Positions 21,200 through 33,194 are shown, counted from the stretch's first letter. The stretch is DNA of 64,000 bases from Tortispora ganteri (GCA_003707115.1 PPNB01000008.1:186001-250000); one strand, 5' to 3'. Made by a program: numbers and translations. The notes: a model not told the origin generated them from the sequence alone.

Positions 21200-22330
21200 G
21201 TCAGTCCTCTCTCTTGACTGTGAAATATGATTTTGCATATTCTATCTAACCTGCATTTTTTTACAAACTTTAATAAGGTTACAGTTGATGTTGACAGAAG
21301 CTTATATGTCAACTAGACCGTTGAAGTGACTAACACGCATTCTTTCTTGGCTATACCGGTTTAATATCTCTGTTGCCGTTTTTATCTTACGATTTTATGA
21401 ATATTTCATGTATATAGCTATAGAATCTATGGTTTATTATAATTTAGCGAGAGAGTAGTTTTTAATTGCAGAAGAGAGGTTATTAAAGTCAGAACCATCT
21501 TTGAAGCTAACTATAGCTTCATAATTGTTCAAACCGTATTCTTGTAGAAAATAATTTGTGTATACTTAATTAAATCAACAACTCTCAGCAGTGTTAAATA
21601 TGCAAAACCTACATTATTATGTAGGTTTCTTATAAAACAATGTTGGATATTAAAAGAAAATCTAGATGTTTGCTACCAGAACAATGTCAGTTATATCATT
21701 AAATAGTACCACAAACGTACATATTAAACACTTTTATGAAAATTTCAAGTCTTCTATAATTTTAACTATTGTTACTTTCATTGTAAATGTGCTAATAATT
21801 ATAACTTGTGAGTTTGTCCTACCTTTTACAACATCATTTGTAGGAAACTAGTTACCCAGAGTCTCTTGATTTTTTCGACCAAAGATACTAAGATTATTGA
21901 TAAGAATGCTAATCCAATATATATTAAACTATCTTTACAAAAGAAACCATAAATTCAAGCTGTTACCAACATAAAAATCATTAATTTAGTAACTTCAATT
22001 ATCACTAATCAGATTTCAAGAGTTATAAATATCTAGGTTCAATTAGTTGTTCGAAAGCAATAATAGATCATATCTGCATCTTGCTATACAACAAAGCTGT
22101 TAATTCACTAATATCAGTTTCAAATAAATAAAATAATTTAAAAATAATCAATTAAAATATCTTATAAAAAATCAAATTCATATTATAAAATTTCTTTAAA
22201 TTAAAACACATATCAAATCTATATTCAATAAATCAAAAATCTCAAAAATCAATAATGTTTGTAAATTCCACCAAATTTCCACGTTGGGACTTCAATCTAC
22301 ATCTATCAATTTTTACTATACTTTTTCATC
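21200..22330. other. AT-rich non-coding island with a G-free tract at 22118-22256
   Basis: Direct reading: 139 nt with no G and 15 C; no convincing ORF in about 1.1 kb. Confidence 0.8.
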
Positions 22331-22332
22331 TA

Positions 22333-23451
22333 ATGTACATTGCAACACCACATGGATTTATTCCTTTAAAAGGAAACTACAAACCTTTAAAAGCAATCGA
22401 AAATATCACTGCATGTTGTGTATGGAATAATTCACTGCTAAGATGCACAGGAACTGTCTTATCAAACGATTCCTCTAAATCAATTCTCCCGGTCTCGCCA
22501 GTATCTATAACGACTTCACACTCGCAGCAGCTGCTGGTAGTCGGCTCGCAATCTGGTCAAATAATCATTTGGTTCGTTCAGTCTGGTCAGCTCGTAACAT
22601 CCTTCAACGCGCACTTTAAGTCAGTCACATCATTGACCTTCTCTGCAGATGACGCTCTCCTCATATCCTCATCCACCGACGGTACCCTCAATATATACAG
22701 TACCGCTGCCTTGCTCTCTGGAAACACAGACTTCATCCACCAAATACCTTTTTCTCTTCCAGTGTCTAAGATAACGCTCTCCGTCGCCGGAACGGCCGCT
22801 GACGGCCTCCGAATTTATGCGATCTCCGAGGATCAGACCTTGTCCGTATGGGACGCTCTCACCGCCAGCAAAATCGTCTCGTTCGTATTACCTTCGCTAC
22901 CTACAGACCTCGTTCTCGATCCTGCTGATCGCGTTGTTTACGTATCTGCAGGCCCAGTACTTTTTGCGGTCCCCCAGTCTCCGGACCGCACCGGCCTCAT
23001 CAACCACTCTGACCCTGTGTTGGTGCATTCCTCAGAGATACTAGCTCTTGCACTGTCGCCAGATGCTTCTATCCTGGCGATCGGCGACGAATTCGCCTGC
23101 ACGCTTTACGATGTCGCATCCGCGCAGCAAGTGCGCAAGTTTGGAGTCAACGGGCCCGTCTCTTTCATACAGTTCACAGCCACACAATCTACTGGACCGT
23201 CCTTCCCGCCTTTCCAAAGATCAACGGACGAGGTCCCCGTGCTCTTTGCACCCACAGATGCAAGTGATATCCTACGTGCACATACAGGCCGCCCTGATTT
23301 GTCAGCCGAAGCGTCCGCATTCTGGCAGTCGCTCAGTTCGGACTCCGAAAAGCTCGCCAAAGAGCTCAAAGACTTAAAAAAGAAGTACAACTCGTTACAA
23401 AGCGCCCATAACGAGCTCTACAAGGCATACGTCGATAAAGTCGTTCCATAA
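22333..23451 (+). CDS. IPI3: Rix1-complex WD40 pre-rRNA processing protein
   Basis: GQIIIWFVQSGQL...AHFKSVT; DPADRVVY; C-terminal coiled coil. Start is uncertain (ATG 22255 or 22333). Confidence 0.78.
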   Translation: MYIATPHGFIPLKGNYKPLKAIENITACCVWNNSLLRCTGTVLSNDSSKSILPVSPVSITTSHSQQLLVVGSQSGQIIIWFVQSGQLVTSFNAHFKSVTSLTFSADDALLISSSTDGTLNIYSTAALLSGNTDFIHQIPFSLPVSKITLSVAGTAADGLRIYAISEDQTLSVWDALTASKIVSFVLPSLPTDLVLDPADRVVYVSAGPVLFAVPQSPDRTGLINHSDPVLVHSSEILALALSPDASILAIGDEFACTLYDVASAQQVRKFGVNGPVSFIQFTATQSTGPSFPPFQRSTDEVPVLFAPTDASDILRAHTGRPDLSAEASAFWQSLSSDSEKLAKELKDLKKKYNSLQSAHNELYKAYVDKVVP

Positions 23452-23485
23452 TCTATCCATTACGACGAAAGCATTTCCCAGCGAA

Positions 23486-24235
23486 TCATTGGCTGCGTAA
23501 GTACTCTGCAAACTTGCTTTGAACGTGAATACCGCATTCGGTTTTCGTCTTGTTCTTCCATCTCCCTGACCGCTCGTCTTCCCCGGCGTCTACAGGAACT
23601 GTAGAATGCCAGTCCCCAATGGACTTGTATCCGAGATCCACAAGCGCATTATAGGGAACGTCGTTGTCCTCAACATACTTTTTCACCATCTCAAAAGTCC
23701 AATCGGCTAGCGGGTTGATTTTGACTACTCCTGTCTCCGGTTCCAGTTCGACTACATTAAGTGACGACCTCACGGCACCTTGCGATCTTCGTCTGCCCGT
23801 CACTACCGCCTTCACATTCAACTCGTTATATGCACGACGAAGCGGTTCTACTTTCACTAAATAGTCGTATTTGAGATCGTCAGTTTCCCACAACTCTTTG
23901 CCGTACGTATTGGCAAACTCCTCCGCAGTAGACACGCCAGACGGCCTATAGACATGCAGATCACTGCTGTAGCGTGATCTAACACGGTCTACAAGATCCA
24001 AAGTCTCGTTAAAGTGGTGTAACGTGTCGATAAAAATCAGCGGCACCCGTCGAGCCACTCGCCCCTCAGTATACAATTTGTTAAGTGCATCCGTAATAAC
24101 CAATCCTGTCAGCCCGAAGGCCGTTGTCTGAAACAGATCGGGGAACGTCTTAGCGGCCCATTCTAGTATCTCGTCATATGTTTTGCCCTCTAATTCAGAA
24201 TTCCATTTTTTAACAGTGCCTTCATCAAAAGCCAT
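23486..24235 (-). CDS. MET16: PAPS reductase
   Basis: QTTAFGLTG, FIDTLHHF, TGRRRSQG, GYKSIGDWHST, ERSGRW...ECGIH. Confidence 0.97.
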   Translation of the reverse strand: MAFDEGTVKKWNSELEGKTYDEILEWAAKTFPDLFQTTAFGLTGLVITDALNKLYTEGRVARRVPLIFIDTLHHFNETLDLVDRVRSRYSSDLHVYRPSGVSTAEEFANTYGKELWETDDLKYDYLVKVEPLRRAYNELNVKAVVTGRRRSQGAVRSSLNVVELEPETGVVKINPLADWTFEMVKKYVEDNDVPYNALVDLGYKSIGDWHSTVPVDAGEDERSGRWKNKTKTECGIHVQSKFAEYLRSQ

Positions 24236-26344
24236 TACTAAGATTTATGCCTGCTATAAGCTCGTAGAATAAATTGTAGCTCTCGCTCTCTCAAGGAAAA
24301 CGGGTTTCTATGTAAGTTACCCTGCCTGTGACGTCGTTATCCATTCAAGTTGCGCCATCCATTTATCCCCTTACCCAGAGAAGTCAAACTGTCGCGCGGC
24401 GCGTTGATCTGTTCAGTATTCGTGCTTATACAAAGGTCTGTTTATGGACTTTTTATGCGTGAATAATGGCATTATACGCCTTACTTATCGAATAATGCAA
24501 AATTTTTATCAATTGAACTGCCCTGTATAGACTATACATCGTATGTTGGTGTTGATAAGTTGATCAGTTGATCCTCAGTGACAAGTTATTGTCTGGCAAA
24601 GGTATATGCATCCTTGTTTCGTCTACTACAAGTCGTAGAGAAACAATAGCATTCAGAATAGAATGCTCGAGCTTACAGCGCTACGAATCTTATATAAACT
24701 TCACCAGGCTCAACTCATTTTTGTTATAAAGTTTTCGGCTGCACTATAGTCGGGTTGGCGCCGTTTTATTATTACTAACAGCCGACTAAAATGTGTTAGC
24801 GATGCGCTTGCCTGTAAATGTTTATACAAGATTTGCTTTCGGTACCTGAAACGAAGTTCCGCATCGGATACCGACATTATGCTCACCGCATCTATAACTA
24901 TTCAAAAGCTAAATATAATAACTCTGTGCAAGATGCAAGGGTTTCTTTGCAGCGCATCTAAAGTTTATCAAAGCACAACCAATGCCATAATAGCATGAAT
25001 GCAATGTAAAGTTTCACAGTCAATAGTTTGTTAATTCAGTGCCTTTTCACCGATTTAATAGACCAAACACGAGATTAGACGCATTGATGCTGACTCGAAG
25101 GGTGGAACGGTTTGAGAAATAGTGCATGATGACTGCTTGGAATCTAATAATGCGAGGGGCTGCGCGCAAATTTCTCTATACGAACCACAGAAGATGTGTC
25201 TTTCGTGTTTGCGGGGCATACAAAGAATCTGTGCACACGTGTGCTGCCCGTTCCACCATTAACTTTCACACTCCGATCCTTAAATAGAGTTTCAATAACA
25301 AGATTTCATGGGATGAGTAGTTCTGACTGAATATCACCTACATTTAAAAGTCCAGATTAAGCTGTTGGAAATCAAAGTTATTCTCAATAGAGAAAATATT
25401 CTCTCATTATCATACCGATAAACAATGCGAACCTGATGCTCTATTTTAGCAACGTTCTGTGCCACCTACGGAGAGAGCTTTTGCTAAATTACTGCATTCC
25501 TGGTATTTCGTCTGCCGCGTTTCATTCCACTTTCAGCTATTATTTCTTTGGCTTGGCGAAATTATACCATATTCCCTTCTTTCTTTGGATTGGCGGAATT
25601 ATACAAATTTCCTTTCTCTCGGGTAAGTCCTAAACCAAAGCGGAAAGAATACCTACCTTGCAATTGTTCCTGAAGCATATTTCTATTATACTTTACTGCG
25701 GTTGGAACTTTAGAAATTGAAAATGCCCACAAGCTGATTAATCAAAGCCACCGGTATTCATTTGTGTTTAGGTTTTGACCGAATTTCCGATGCAGCTTAT
25801 CACACATCCACCACGCTTCCTTCACAAAACTTCACCATTTGATACAAGTGAAGATGTTTATGACTTCAATATCCCTGTTCTTAGCAAGTTTCAGTTCTGT
25901 TTTGAACGCGAGAGGTACACTTTTAAACTCTGTATCAGATGAACCAGATCTATTTCTTGCTCCGCTCTAATTCCTGCAGCTTAAGTGGAAACTCTAATAA
26001 ACAGAAAGGTTATTGTTGTACCTGACACTATGATTGGTAGTACACCAGAGCAAAAAGCCGATTGAGGCCGTTTAATTCGAAATGCATGTAAAAAGTTTAG
26101 GGTTCTCTTTTCATTTGCGATTCTCAAATGACATTCAGAGTATAATACACATGCGACCCCGAGTGGTTTTACTCTAGCTAGCCGCTTTTCCCCCCCTTGG
26201 CGTCACTGATATATAATTCATTTTAACCTGCCCCTCATTCTAACTCTTAGTGTATTTTTCACTGTGCTGCATAATCGCTCATTTTCAGGTGACAGATAAA
26301 ACGAAAAGTTAGTAAACGATTTCCGATTCTCTCTAACGCAGGCA

Positions 26345-28870
26345 ATGAAACTTACTTCACTAATATTGGCAGCTACCACGCTTGCTCAAGCATCGTTGAG
26401 TCTAGGCCCACGTGTCACTGAGACAGATTATTACAATACTGCACCCTCGGAGTATGAATTTCCCTCTCAAGTCACTTACAGAATCCAACCCACAGCTAGC
26501 GATCCTTGCGAACGTGTATACGATATCTATACCTATCAAGGGCGCAATGTATTTAATTACTCCCTTGCAATGGAGTGTCTACTCAATATTCCTGTCAATG
26601 AAACTTTTGCTTCCGCTATTCTCGATTCAGTGAGAGGTTGGTTATCTGCGTACAGCCAGCAGAGCTGGTATTTGGATCCTCCTTCAGACAGCAAAATGGC
26701 TAAGGTTGACTTCAACTCCACGTTGGATGAAATTTCTGATGGCATTGAAAATGGTGATTTTTCTCAGCGCTACTACCTTGACCGAAATATTACCAATCTC
26801 TTTGCATCCTTCTATGACGGACATACTGTTTACTACTCGTACTGCAGCATGCCTTTCTACTATTATCACAAACGCCCTCTTATTGCTGTAGGAGACGTTG
26901 ATAGTGATGATGTTTCTGTGTATGCGCTCACGATGAGCACAGTTCGCCCTGCTACGGTCTACAAGGAAGTCTCAGAAATTGAAGGTGTTCCTGTTTTAGA
27001 TTATCTTAAAAACCTTATCACGGATTATAATGAGTTATCAGAAGTGGCTTACTCTGATTTCAATGCCCGTTTTAACGATCTCTTATACAACCCGAAGCTT
27101 GCTAGTGCCGGTTCTCGTCAAGGAACATTTGCTTTGAGACTATTCCCTCCTGCCAATTCTACAATTAGCTTTACTTACGCTGACGGCAGTACTGAAACTG
27201 TGCCATGGCTTGCACGTCTTCGTCCAGGTACTGGCTATTCGTCTTCTACTGGCCGGTCATTTCTTAGTAGTACGGACTACTTCGCCTCTTATATGTGCGA
27301 TTATCCATTTTACGTTCCCGACTATTCTAGCTCTACTAAATTTGACGAACTTTACCCTGGATTTAGCTCTGGTTATTATACGTCTTCGCAGAGATCAAGG
27401 AAGCACAAACGTGCCAATACTGTTGACTCTAATCTGGATGATCGCAAACATCGAACATTAACAGAACTTCGTAATGTTGATATTGAATTTGAAGATGACG
27501 AAAAAGAGCAATCTCCTATAGCAGATAACGCCGCTGCAATTCTCGCCGATGACACAACCGATTACTCAGTTCCTTCTTCATTTAACAGAACGCACCCCAC
27601 CCCGTTGGGTAAGACTGAAGGTGATGAAATTCGCTACTACAAAATTCCTTTTGGTGGAAATTCTGATAAGGACCTTGGTGTCATTGAGATTTCATCTTTT
27701 AGTGAACTCAGCAGCACTTATTCTACTTCTACTTCGTTTGCAAATGATTTTATCGAAATTTTGGAAGACGCCCTTAAAGAGTTTCAGGATGACGATAACG
27801 TTGAGAAAATTGTTGTGGATGTCACCTATAACGGAGGTGGTTATGTTTCGCTCGGAGTAGCCGCATTTCAAATATTGTTTCCTAATGCTTCACCTTTTTA
27901 TGGCGTAAATATTCGCTTGAGTCCAATGGCTGTTTATTTGTCGGAACAAAGTTCTCCATCTGCATCTACGGTTAGAAAATGGTCTTTGAACAGTCTTTAT
28001 AGTGTTAGTACGATAAGATCATACCTGGATGCCATCTCATTCAATGATGATAGTGTTGTACAACCCAATGGCGAAGCTTTTGACAGCAACGGTGACTATA
28101 TCACGCCATACGCTCTCAATGGCGATTACTTTACGCAGCCTGCGATCTTCAATGTTTCTGATGTTATCGCGGAACTTTTTACCAGCTTTAATGTGAAAGG
28201 TACCCCTGCTTTCCAAGCCGAAGATATTCTTCTCATGTCGGACGGTCGTTGTGGTTCTACATGCTCTTTATTCTCGGAAGCGTTGTCTGGTGTTGGCGCA
28301 AACACTTTGACGTACGGTGGATATCCTGGAACGGAGCAAAACGGCCAGATTGACGGTGGTTTCCGCGGATACCAGGTTTTGCAAGTAAGTCAAGAGTACC
28401 TATATATGGATGAGGTGAACTATTACGCTGATCCTGATGTAGCATTTGATTTTGACAATGATGCAGTTCCTATTATTCCTCCTCTTAGTGGTTCTCTTAG
28501 TGTGAATTTGCGCAATTCGTTCCGTGAGGACGAGTTCGACATGCCTCTTGCATTTACCATCACTCCCGCTGCTGCACATCTGAATCTGAATGTCTCACTG
28601 ATCTACGACCAAGAGAATTTGTGGCAAGCGGCTGCACAGGAGGCCTGGGGATCAGACGGCTCTGGAAGCGGCACGGGAACCAATGATGGTTACAACAGTG
28701 ATGCTGCCAGTGTTGCCACCCGGTCTGCTAGTGGCCTTCCTTCCGCTACGAGCTCTAGTAGGTCGTCCTCTTCCAGCCAGTCCAGGAACGCTGCCGCTGC
28801 TACTTTTAATGCCAGTCCTCTGGTGCTGACTCTTCCGCTGTTCATGGCATTCGCTGTCGCGTGGTTGTAG
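26345..28870 (+). CDS. Secreted, probably GPI-anchored fungal S41-family peptidase
   Basis: Signal peptide; DGHT, DVTYNGGG and DGRCGSTC motifs typical of fungal S41/CPAF-like peptidases; Ser-rich stalk followed by a hydrophobic C-terminal tail. Confidence 0.78.
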   Translation: MKLTSLILAATTLAQASLSLGPRVTETDYYNTAPSEYEFPSQVTYRIQPTASDPCERVYDIYTYQGRNVFNYSLAMECLLNIPVNETFASAILDSVRGWLSAYSQQSWYLDPPSDSKMAKVDFNSTLDEISDGIENGDFSQRYYLDRNITNLFASFYDGHTVYYSYCSMPFYYYHKRPLIAVGDVDSDDVSVYALTMSTVRPATVYKEVSEIEGVPVLDYLKNLITDYNELSEVAYSDFNARFNDLLYNPKLASAGSRQGTFALRLFPPANSTISFTYADGSTETVPWLARLRPGTGYSSSTGRSFLSSTDYFASYMCDYPFYVPDYSSSTKFDELYPGFSSGYYTSSQRSRKHKRANTVDSNLDDRKHRTLTELRNVDIEFEDDEKEQSPIADNAAAILADDTTDYSVPSSFNRTHPTPLGKTEGDEIRYYKIPFGGNSDKDLGVIEISSFSELSSTYSTSTSFANDFIEILEDALKEFQDDDNVEKIVVDVTYNGGGYVSLGVAAFQILFPNASPFYGVNIRLSPMAVYLSEQSSPSASTVRKWSLNSLYSVSTIRSYLDAISFNDDSVVQPNGEAFDSNGDYITPYALNGDYFTQPAIFNVSDVIAELFTSFNVKGTPAFQAEDILLMSDGRCGSTCSLFSEALSGVGANTLTYGGYPGTEQNGQIDGGFRGYQVLQVSQEYLYMDEVNYYADPDVAFDFDNDAVPIIPPLSGSLSVNLRNSFREDEFDMPLAFTITPAAAHLNLNVSLIYDQENLWQAAAQEAWGSDGSGSGTGTNDGYNSDAASVATRSASGLPSATSSSRSSSSSQSRNAAAATFNASPLVLTLPLFMAFAVAWL

Positions 28871-28982
28871 TATTTTATTAGTTTATTAGTTACTTTGTAT
28901 TCTACTAACGCCGGGTAACACTCAACACATTGTATTCTAACTCCCCACGTTGGCCTTGAAATGGACCTATCTTGCAGACACG

Positions 28983-30491
28983 ATGATGGTGCTGATACTA
29001 TGGATGTTCATTTTACGCAGTATTGCTGCGATAGACGACAAACTTGCGTATCCGATGTACGATATTTTGTTTAATGGCAGCAGTGTGAGTGAAGAGGAGG
29101 CGGCACGATGGGCGTTGGAGTCGCGAATGGAGAAAGTGATGCTGAAGAACCAGAGTTATATCTGCGAAATAACCGAGCCTGACAACAACGACATCGACCA
29201 TGAAACTAAGGTGCAGACTACTGCTGAAGACGCCTATAATTTGCTTGAACCGCTCACTGGTGTCTGCTTGCATACGAGACAGGGATGGTGGATATATTCT
29301 TACTGCCATAAACAGCACATACGACAGTTCCACAAGCCATTCTCGAACAGGGAGGACCCGTTTGAGATGGAGTTTATTCTCGGCCAGAGAAAAGACCGTG
29401 CGTCTGTAGAAATAGCCCTAGACATGCCCTACCTGCTTGTAAATTACGACGAGGGCACTGAGTGCGATCTGACGGGCTTGCCTAGAGAGGTGAACGTAGA
29501 ATTCAGGTGCAACGAAGGGATACAAATGAGTACTATCACTTCTGTGAAGGAAATGTCTACATGCCGGTATTCTATGACTATAGACACTCCGCTGCTGTGC
29601 AGTGACGCTGGGATGAACCAGCACCTCAACAGAGCGAAAGGCTTGATTCAGTGTCACAAGGTGCGACCAGAGAGATTTCAAGGCAACGGCGAGCCTACTG
29701 GTTCTGAGGATATACGTGAAAGCACTGGTGAAGAGCTTATAGCTAGCGGGTTTAATGATAAGAAAGTGATTCTCGGAGATGGGAAAAGCTTGGATGATTT
29801 AACGGCACTTGAACAGGATGGAGTTGCGTGGCGGCACATCGGTTCGCGTATTCGTGAAATGTATGAGAAGTTCAAGGCCAACATAGCGAACAGCGACGGA
29901 ATGTATGATGCTGCAATTGATGCTGCATCAGGGGTGATATTTGCTGCCTACGAGATCAGCGCTGACGAGAGCCACATGCTATATGTTAAGCTATGGCGAG
30001 CGCAGGACCAGAACATATACTGGGATCTTGCAGACTCGGAAAAGGAGGCACAACTGCTGGCGCTGAAAATGCTTGGTCTATCATCGAAACGGATTCAGGA
30101 AGACCTTGCAGCTGTTTACGATTTCGTGGCCGCACGGAAGGCACAAACTGAAGGACATCGAAAGTTGCTAACAAACTTGGGTGATCTTAAGGCTGGTCAC
30201 GTATCGTATCACCATGCTGACGAGCATGCGAGGCATGAGGAGTACGGCGAGGAAGCTGGATTTTTACAAAAGCCAATGGAAGACGACCAGGGTGTTGCAG
30301 CTGATGATGTCAGTACTCCACAAGAGGGTGATGTGATAGACGTGCAAGCCGACAAGGAAGGTGACCAGAAAGCTAATTTTTACGGAGCGGAAGAGGAAGC
30401 GACCGAAACCAACAGTTCTGACGAAGAAGGATTACTTAATGATAATGAAGAAAACGAAAATGATGGCGCAGTCGGCCATGACGAGCTGTGA
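28983..30491 (+). CDS. YOS9: ER lectin OS-9 homolog (MRH domain)
   Basis: Signal peptide; GWWIYSYCH...IRQFH; GTECDLTGLPREVNVEFRC; C-terminal HDEL. Confidence 0.9.
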   Translation: MMVLILWMFILRSIAAIDDKLAYPMYDILFNGSSVSEEEAARWALESRMEKVMLKNQSYICEITEPDNNDIDHETKVQTTAEDAYNLLEPLTGVCLHTRQGWWIYSYCHKQHIRQFHKPFSNREDPFEMEFILGQRKDRASVEIALDMPYLLVNYDEGTECDLTGLPREVNVEFRCNEGIQMSTITSVKEMSTCRYSMTIDTPLLCSDAGMNQHLNRAKGLIQCHKVRPERFQGNGEPTGSEDIRESTGEELIASGFNDKKVILGDGKSLDDLTALEQDGVAWRHIGSRIREMYEKFKANIANSDGMYDAAIDAASGVIFAAYEISADESHMLYVKLWRAQDQNIYWDLADSEKEAQLLALKMLGLSSKRIQEDLAAVYDFVAARKAQTEGHRKLLTNLGDLKAGHVSYHHADEHARHEEYGEEAGFLQKPMEDDQGVAADDVSTPQEGDVIDVQADKEGDQKANFYGAEEEATETNSSDEEGLLNDNEENENDGAVGHDEL

Positions 30492-30762
30492 CACTGATGA
30501 ATTCGTATATAGAGTACGGATCGGCTCTACGACTATTATTAGAAGAACAAAAGCTTATTTGGCATGAATTAAACGGAATAATAAATTCTTATTGGATAAT
30601 ACGTGAAGCGTCCTAACCTTAAAGTTGCTTTTTTTAGTGTAACTGACATAGATACGCTTTCTGCACTACTTTTTAGACCGAAAAGCTACTTGTCTATTTC
30701 GTGTAGTTTTTCTTTCCATTTTTTCCGCTATATTTGATCTAGTTTGCTAGATAACGGAAACA

Positions 30763-33159
30763 ATGGATATTCCTGGATCTGGATCTCAAGACATTGACAT
30801 GGACACTAGCACAGCCGAAACGCCGTTTTATTCATATCTTGAGGATAGGAATCTGCATTTGATAGAGAGCAAAGTGTTAGGAACTTCGCCAATGACTCAT
30901 CCGACTGAAGATTTATCACAGAGCGTGGCTAGTTTATCGTTTTTCAACAGCCAACATGAATCTGAAACCGGTAAGACACTTGCCGACCAGATCCCTAATG
31001 CCCCTTCATCTCCTGAACTTGTGATGCCTCAAAGAATTAGTGCGCCCGCTACAGAAGACCCCGAAGTGGTGGCAGAGCTTACTAAGATATATACTGACAT
31101 TGCAAAATGCATAAACATTCGCCGCAAATACATGGAGATCTCTCTGCAGCGACCGGGCGATGATCCAAGAAATTCAGATAACTGGCACGTCTATCCTGAA
31201 CATCCTAAACCGATGTACAAGGAAACAAAGGAGTGGAGTCAAGGAGAAGGCAAAAGAAAATTTGGCGAAAATATTGGCGAGGATTTTGATTTTTCAAAGT
31301 GCGATATTCCTGGCCTCGATTCCCGTATTGAGTATAGGATATCTCCAACTGGCGTATTCGAGATCTTTGACGCCAATGAGCTCAAAGCCGCCGAACAAAG
31401 TGACGAGTATCCTAAATGTAAGCCTTTGGCAGAAGTGCCTTCGCTCAAGGACTACTATCTTGACATGGAATTCATCAGTAGCGTTGCCGCAGAGGGACCT
31501 ACCAAAAGTTTTGCCTTCAGAAGACTACAATACCTAGAGTCCAGATGGAACATGTATATTCTCCTCAACGAATACAGGGAACTGAGCGAATCGAAACAGA
31601 CTCCGCATCGCGACTTCTACAATGTACGCAAAGTCGATACTCATATTCATCATTCAGCTTGCATGAACCAGAAACATCTCCTACGCTTTATCAAGTACAA
31701 AATGAAGAAATCTCCTGATGAAGTTGTTATCTATCGTGATGGCAAATATCTCACACTCTCAGAAGTATTTGAGTCGCTGAAACTAACGGCATACGACTTG
31801 TCAATTGACACTCTTGACATGCACGCCCACAAAGACTCCTTTCACAGGTTTGACAAATTCAATCTTAAATACAATCCTGTGGGCGAATCGCGTTTGCGAA
31901 CTATCTTTTTGAAAACAGACAATCACATAAAAGGCAGATACCTCGCTGAAATCACCAAAGAAGTGGTTGCTGATTTGGAAGCCAGTAAATATCAAATGGC
32001 TGAGTACCGTATCTCCATCTACGGCCGCCATCCTGAGGAGTGGGATAACCTGGCCGCTTGGGTGGTAGATAACAAGCTATTTTCGCCGAATGTCAGATGG
32101 CTAGTTCAGATTCCTCGTCTTTATGACGTCTACAAGACCAGTGGACTTGTCAACAACTTCGAGGACGTCATCAACAACATATTTCAGCCGCTATTCGAAG
32201 TCACTAAAGACCCCTCGTCGCATCCCAAGCTTCACGTGTTCTTACAGAGAGTTATCGGATTCGACTCAGTGGATGATGAAAGCAAGCCGGAGAAGCGTCT
32301 ATATAAGAAGTTCCCTACTCCTAAGTATTGGGACACCTATCAGAATCCGCCATATTCGTACTGGCTTTACTACCTTTATGTTAACCTTGCCAGTCTAAAC
32401 CAATGGCGCAAAGCGCGTGGGTTTTGTACGATTGTGCTCCGACCTCATTCGGGTGAGGCCGGAGACATTGACCATTTGGTCAGTGCTTTTATGACCTGTC
32501 ACTCCATTTCGCATGGAATTGTGCTGAGAAAGATCCCGCTGATCCAGTACCTGTTCTACCTAGAACAGATCGGCATTGCGATGTCTCCTCTGAGCAACAA
32601 TGCTCTTTTCCTTGCATACGAGAAGAACCCGTTTCAGTCTTACTTTAAGCGGGGTCTAAACGTGTCGCTATCGACGGATGACCCACTGCAGTTCTCTTTC
32701 ACCAAGGAGCCGCTCATCGAAGAATACTCTGTTGCTGCACAGATATACAAGCTGTCAAATGTGGATATGTGTGAGCTTGCGAGAAACTCTGTACTCCAGT
32801 CGGGATATGAGGGGTCGGTTAAACGTCACTGGCTCGGATATAACTACGACAGGGCAGATGGTCGCGGCAACGATATAGCGAAAACGAATGTGCCCAACAT
32901 CCGCGTAGCATTTCGCCGTGAGACCTTGGAGCAGGAATGGAGTATGCTTCTGCGATTCGGTGACGTGGATCTGATGCCGTACTTCAGCTCCGACAAGGGC
33001 AGCTTTGAAAACTACGAAATGAGTGCGCTGCTGCCAAACATCACCGGAGGTAGCCAGACGCAAGGGTTCCCGGGAGTCAAACAGAACGCTCATCGCCGCC
33101 GATCTACATTCTCCGACCACTCGAAACTGTCAATGTCGGTTCTGTCAACGGAACAATAA
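30763..33159 (+). CDS. AMD1: AMP deaminase
   Basis: [32 protein letters not shown]. Confidence 0.98.
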   Translation: MDIPGSGSQDIDMDTSTAETPFYSYLEDRNLHLIESKVLGTSPMTHPTEDLSQSVASLSFFNSQHESETGKTLADQIPNAPSSPELVMPQRISAPATEDPEVVAELTKIYTDIAKCINIRRKYMEISLQRPGDDPRNSDNWHVYPEHPKPMYKETKEWSQGEGKRKFGENIGEDFDFSKCDIPGLDSRIEYRISPTGVFEIFDANELKAAEQSDEYPKCKPLAEVPSLKDYYLDMEFISSVAAEGPTKSFAFRRLQYLESRWNMYILLNEYRELSESKQTPHRDFYNVRKVDTHIHHSACMNQKHLLRFIKYKMKKSPDEVVIYRDGKYLTLSEVFESLKLTAYDLSIDTLDMHAHKDSFHRFDKFNLKYNPVGESRLRTIFLKTDNHIKGRYLAEITKEVVADLEASKYQMAEYRISIYGRHPEEWDNLAAWVVDNKLFSPNVRWLVQIPRLYDVYKTSGLVNNFEDVINNIFQPLFEVTKDPSSHPKLHVFLQRVIGFDSVDDESKPEKRLYKKFPTPKYWDTYQNPPYSYWLYYLYVNLASLNQWRKARGFCTIVLRPHSGEAGDIDHLVSAFMTCHSISHGIVLRKIPLIQYLFYLEQIGIAMSPLSNNALFLAYEKNPFQSYFKRGLNVSLSTDDPLQFSFTKEPLIEEYSVAAQIYKLSNVDMCELARNSVLQSGYEGSVKRHWLGYNYDRADGRGNDIAKTNVPNIRVAFRRETLEQEWSMLLRFGDVDLMPYFSSDKGSFENYEMSALLPNITGGSQTQGFPGVKQNAHRRRSTFSDHSKLSMSVLSTEQ

Positions 33160-33194
33160 GTAATCAGCAACAGCAAATCGCACGTAATAGCTCC

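Noticed and set aside
21666..21851. Short hydrophobic ORFs in AT-rich spacers (also 25436-25633 and 50588-50779)
   Set aside because: Composition expected from AT-rich DNA; no motif support.
24500..24800. Telomerase RNA with spliceosomal 3' end processing
   Set aside because: No Sm site abutting the GTATGT donor, no identifiable template, and only about 300 nt of upstream room.
25233..25244. Palindrome GCACACGTGTGC as a Cbf1 site for MET16
   Set aside because: About 1 kb from MET16 and lacks the TCACGTG flank; its target cannot be assigned.
24236..30491. Ustiloxin-like RiPP cluster around the S41 peptidase
   Set aside because: No KR-repeat precursor peptide, DUF3328, tyrosinase or transporter nearby; the neighbours are MET16 and YOS9.
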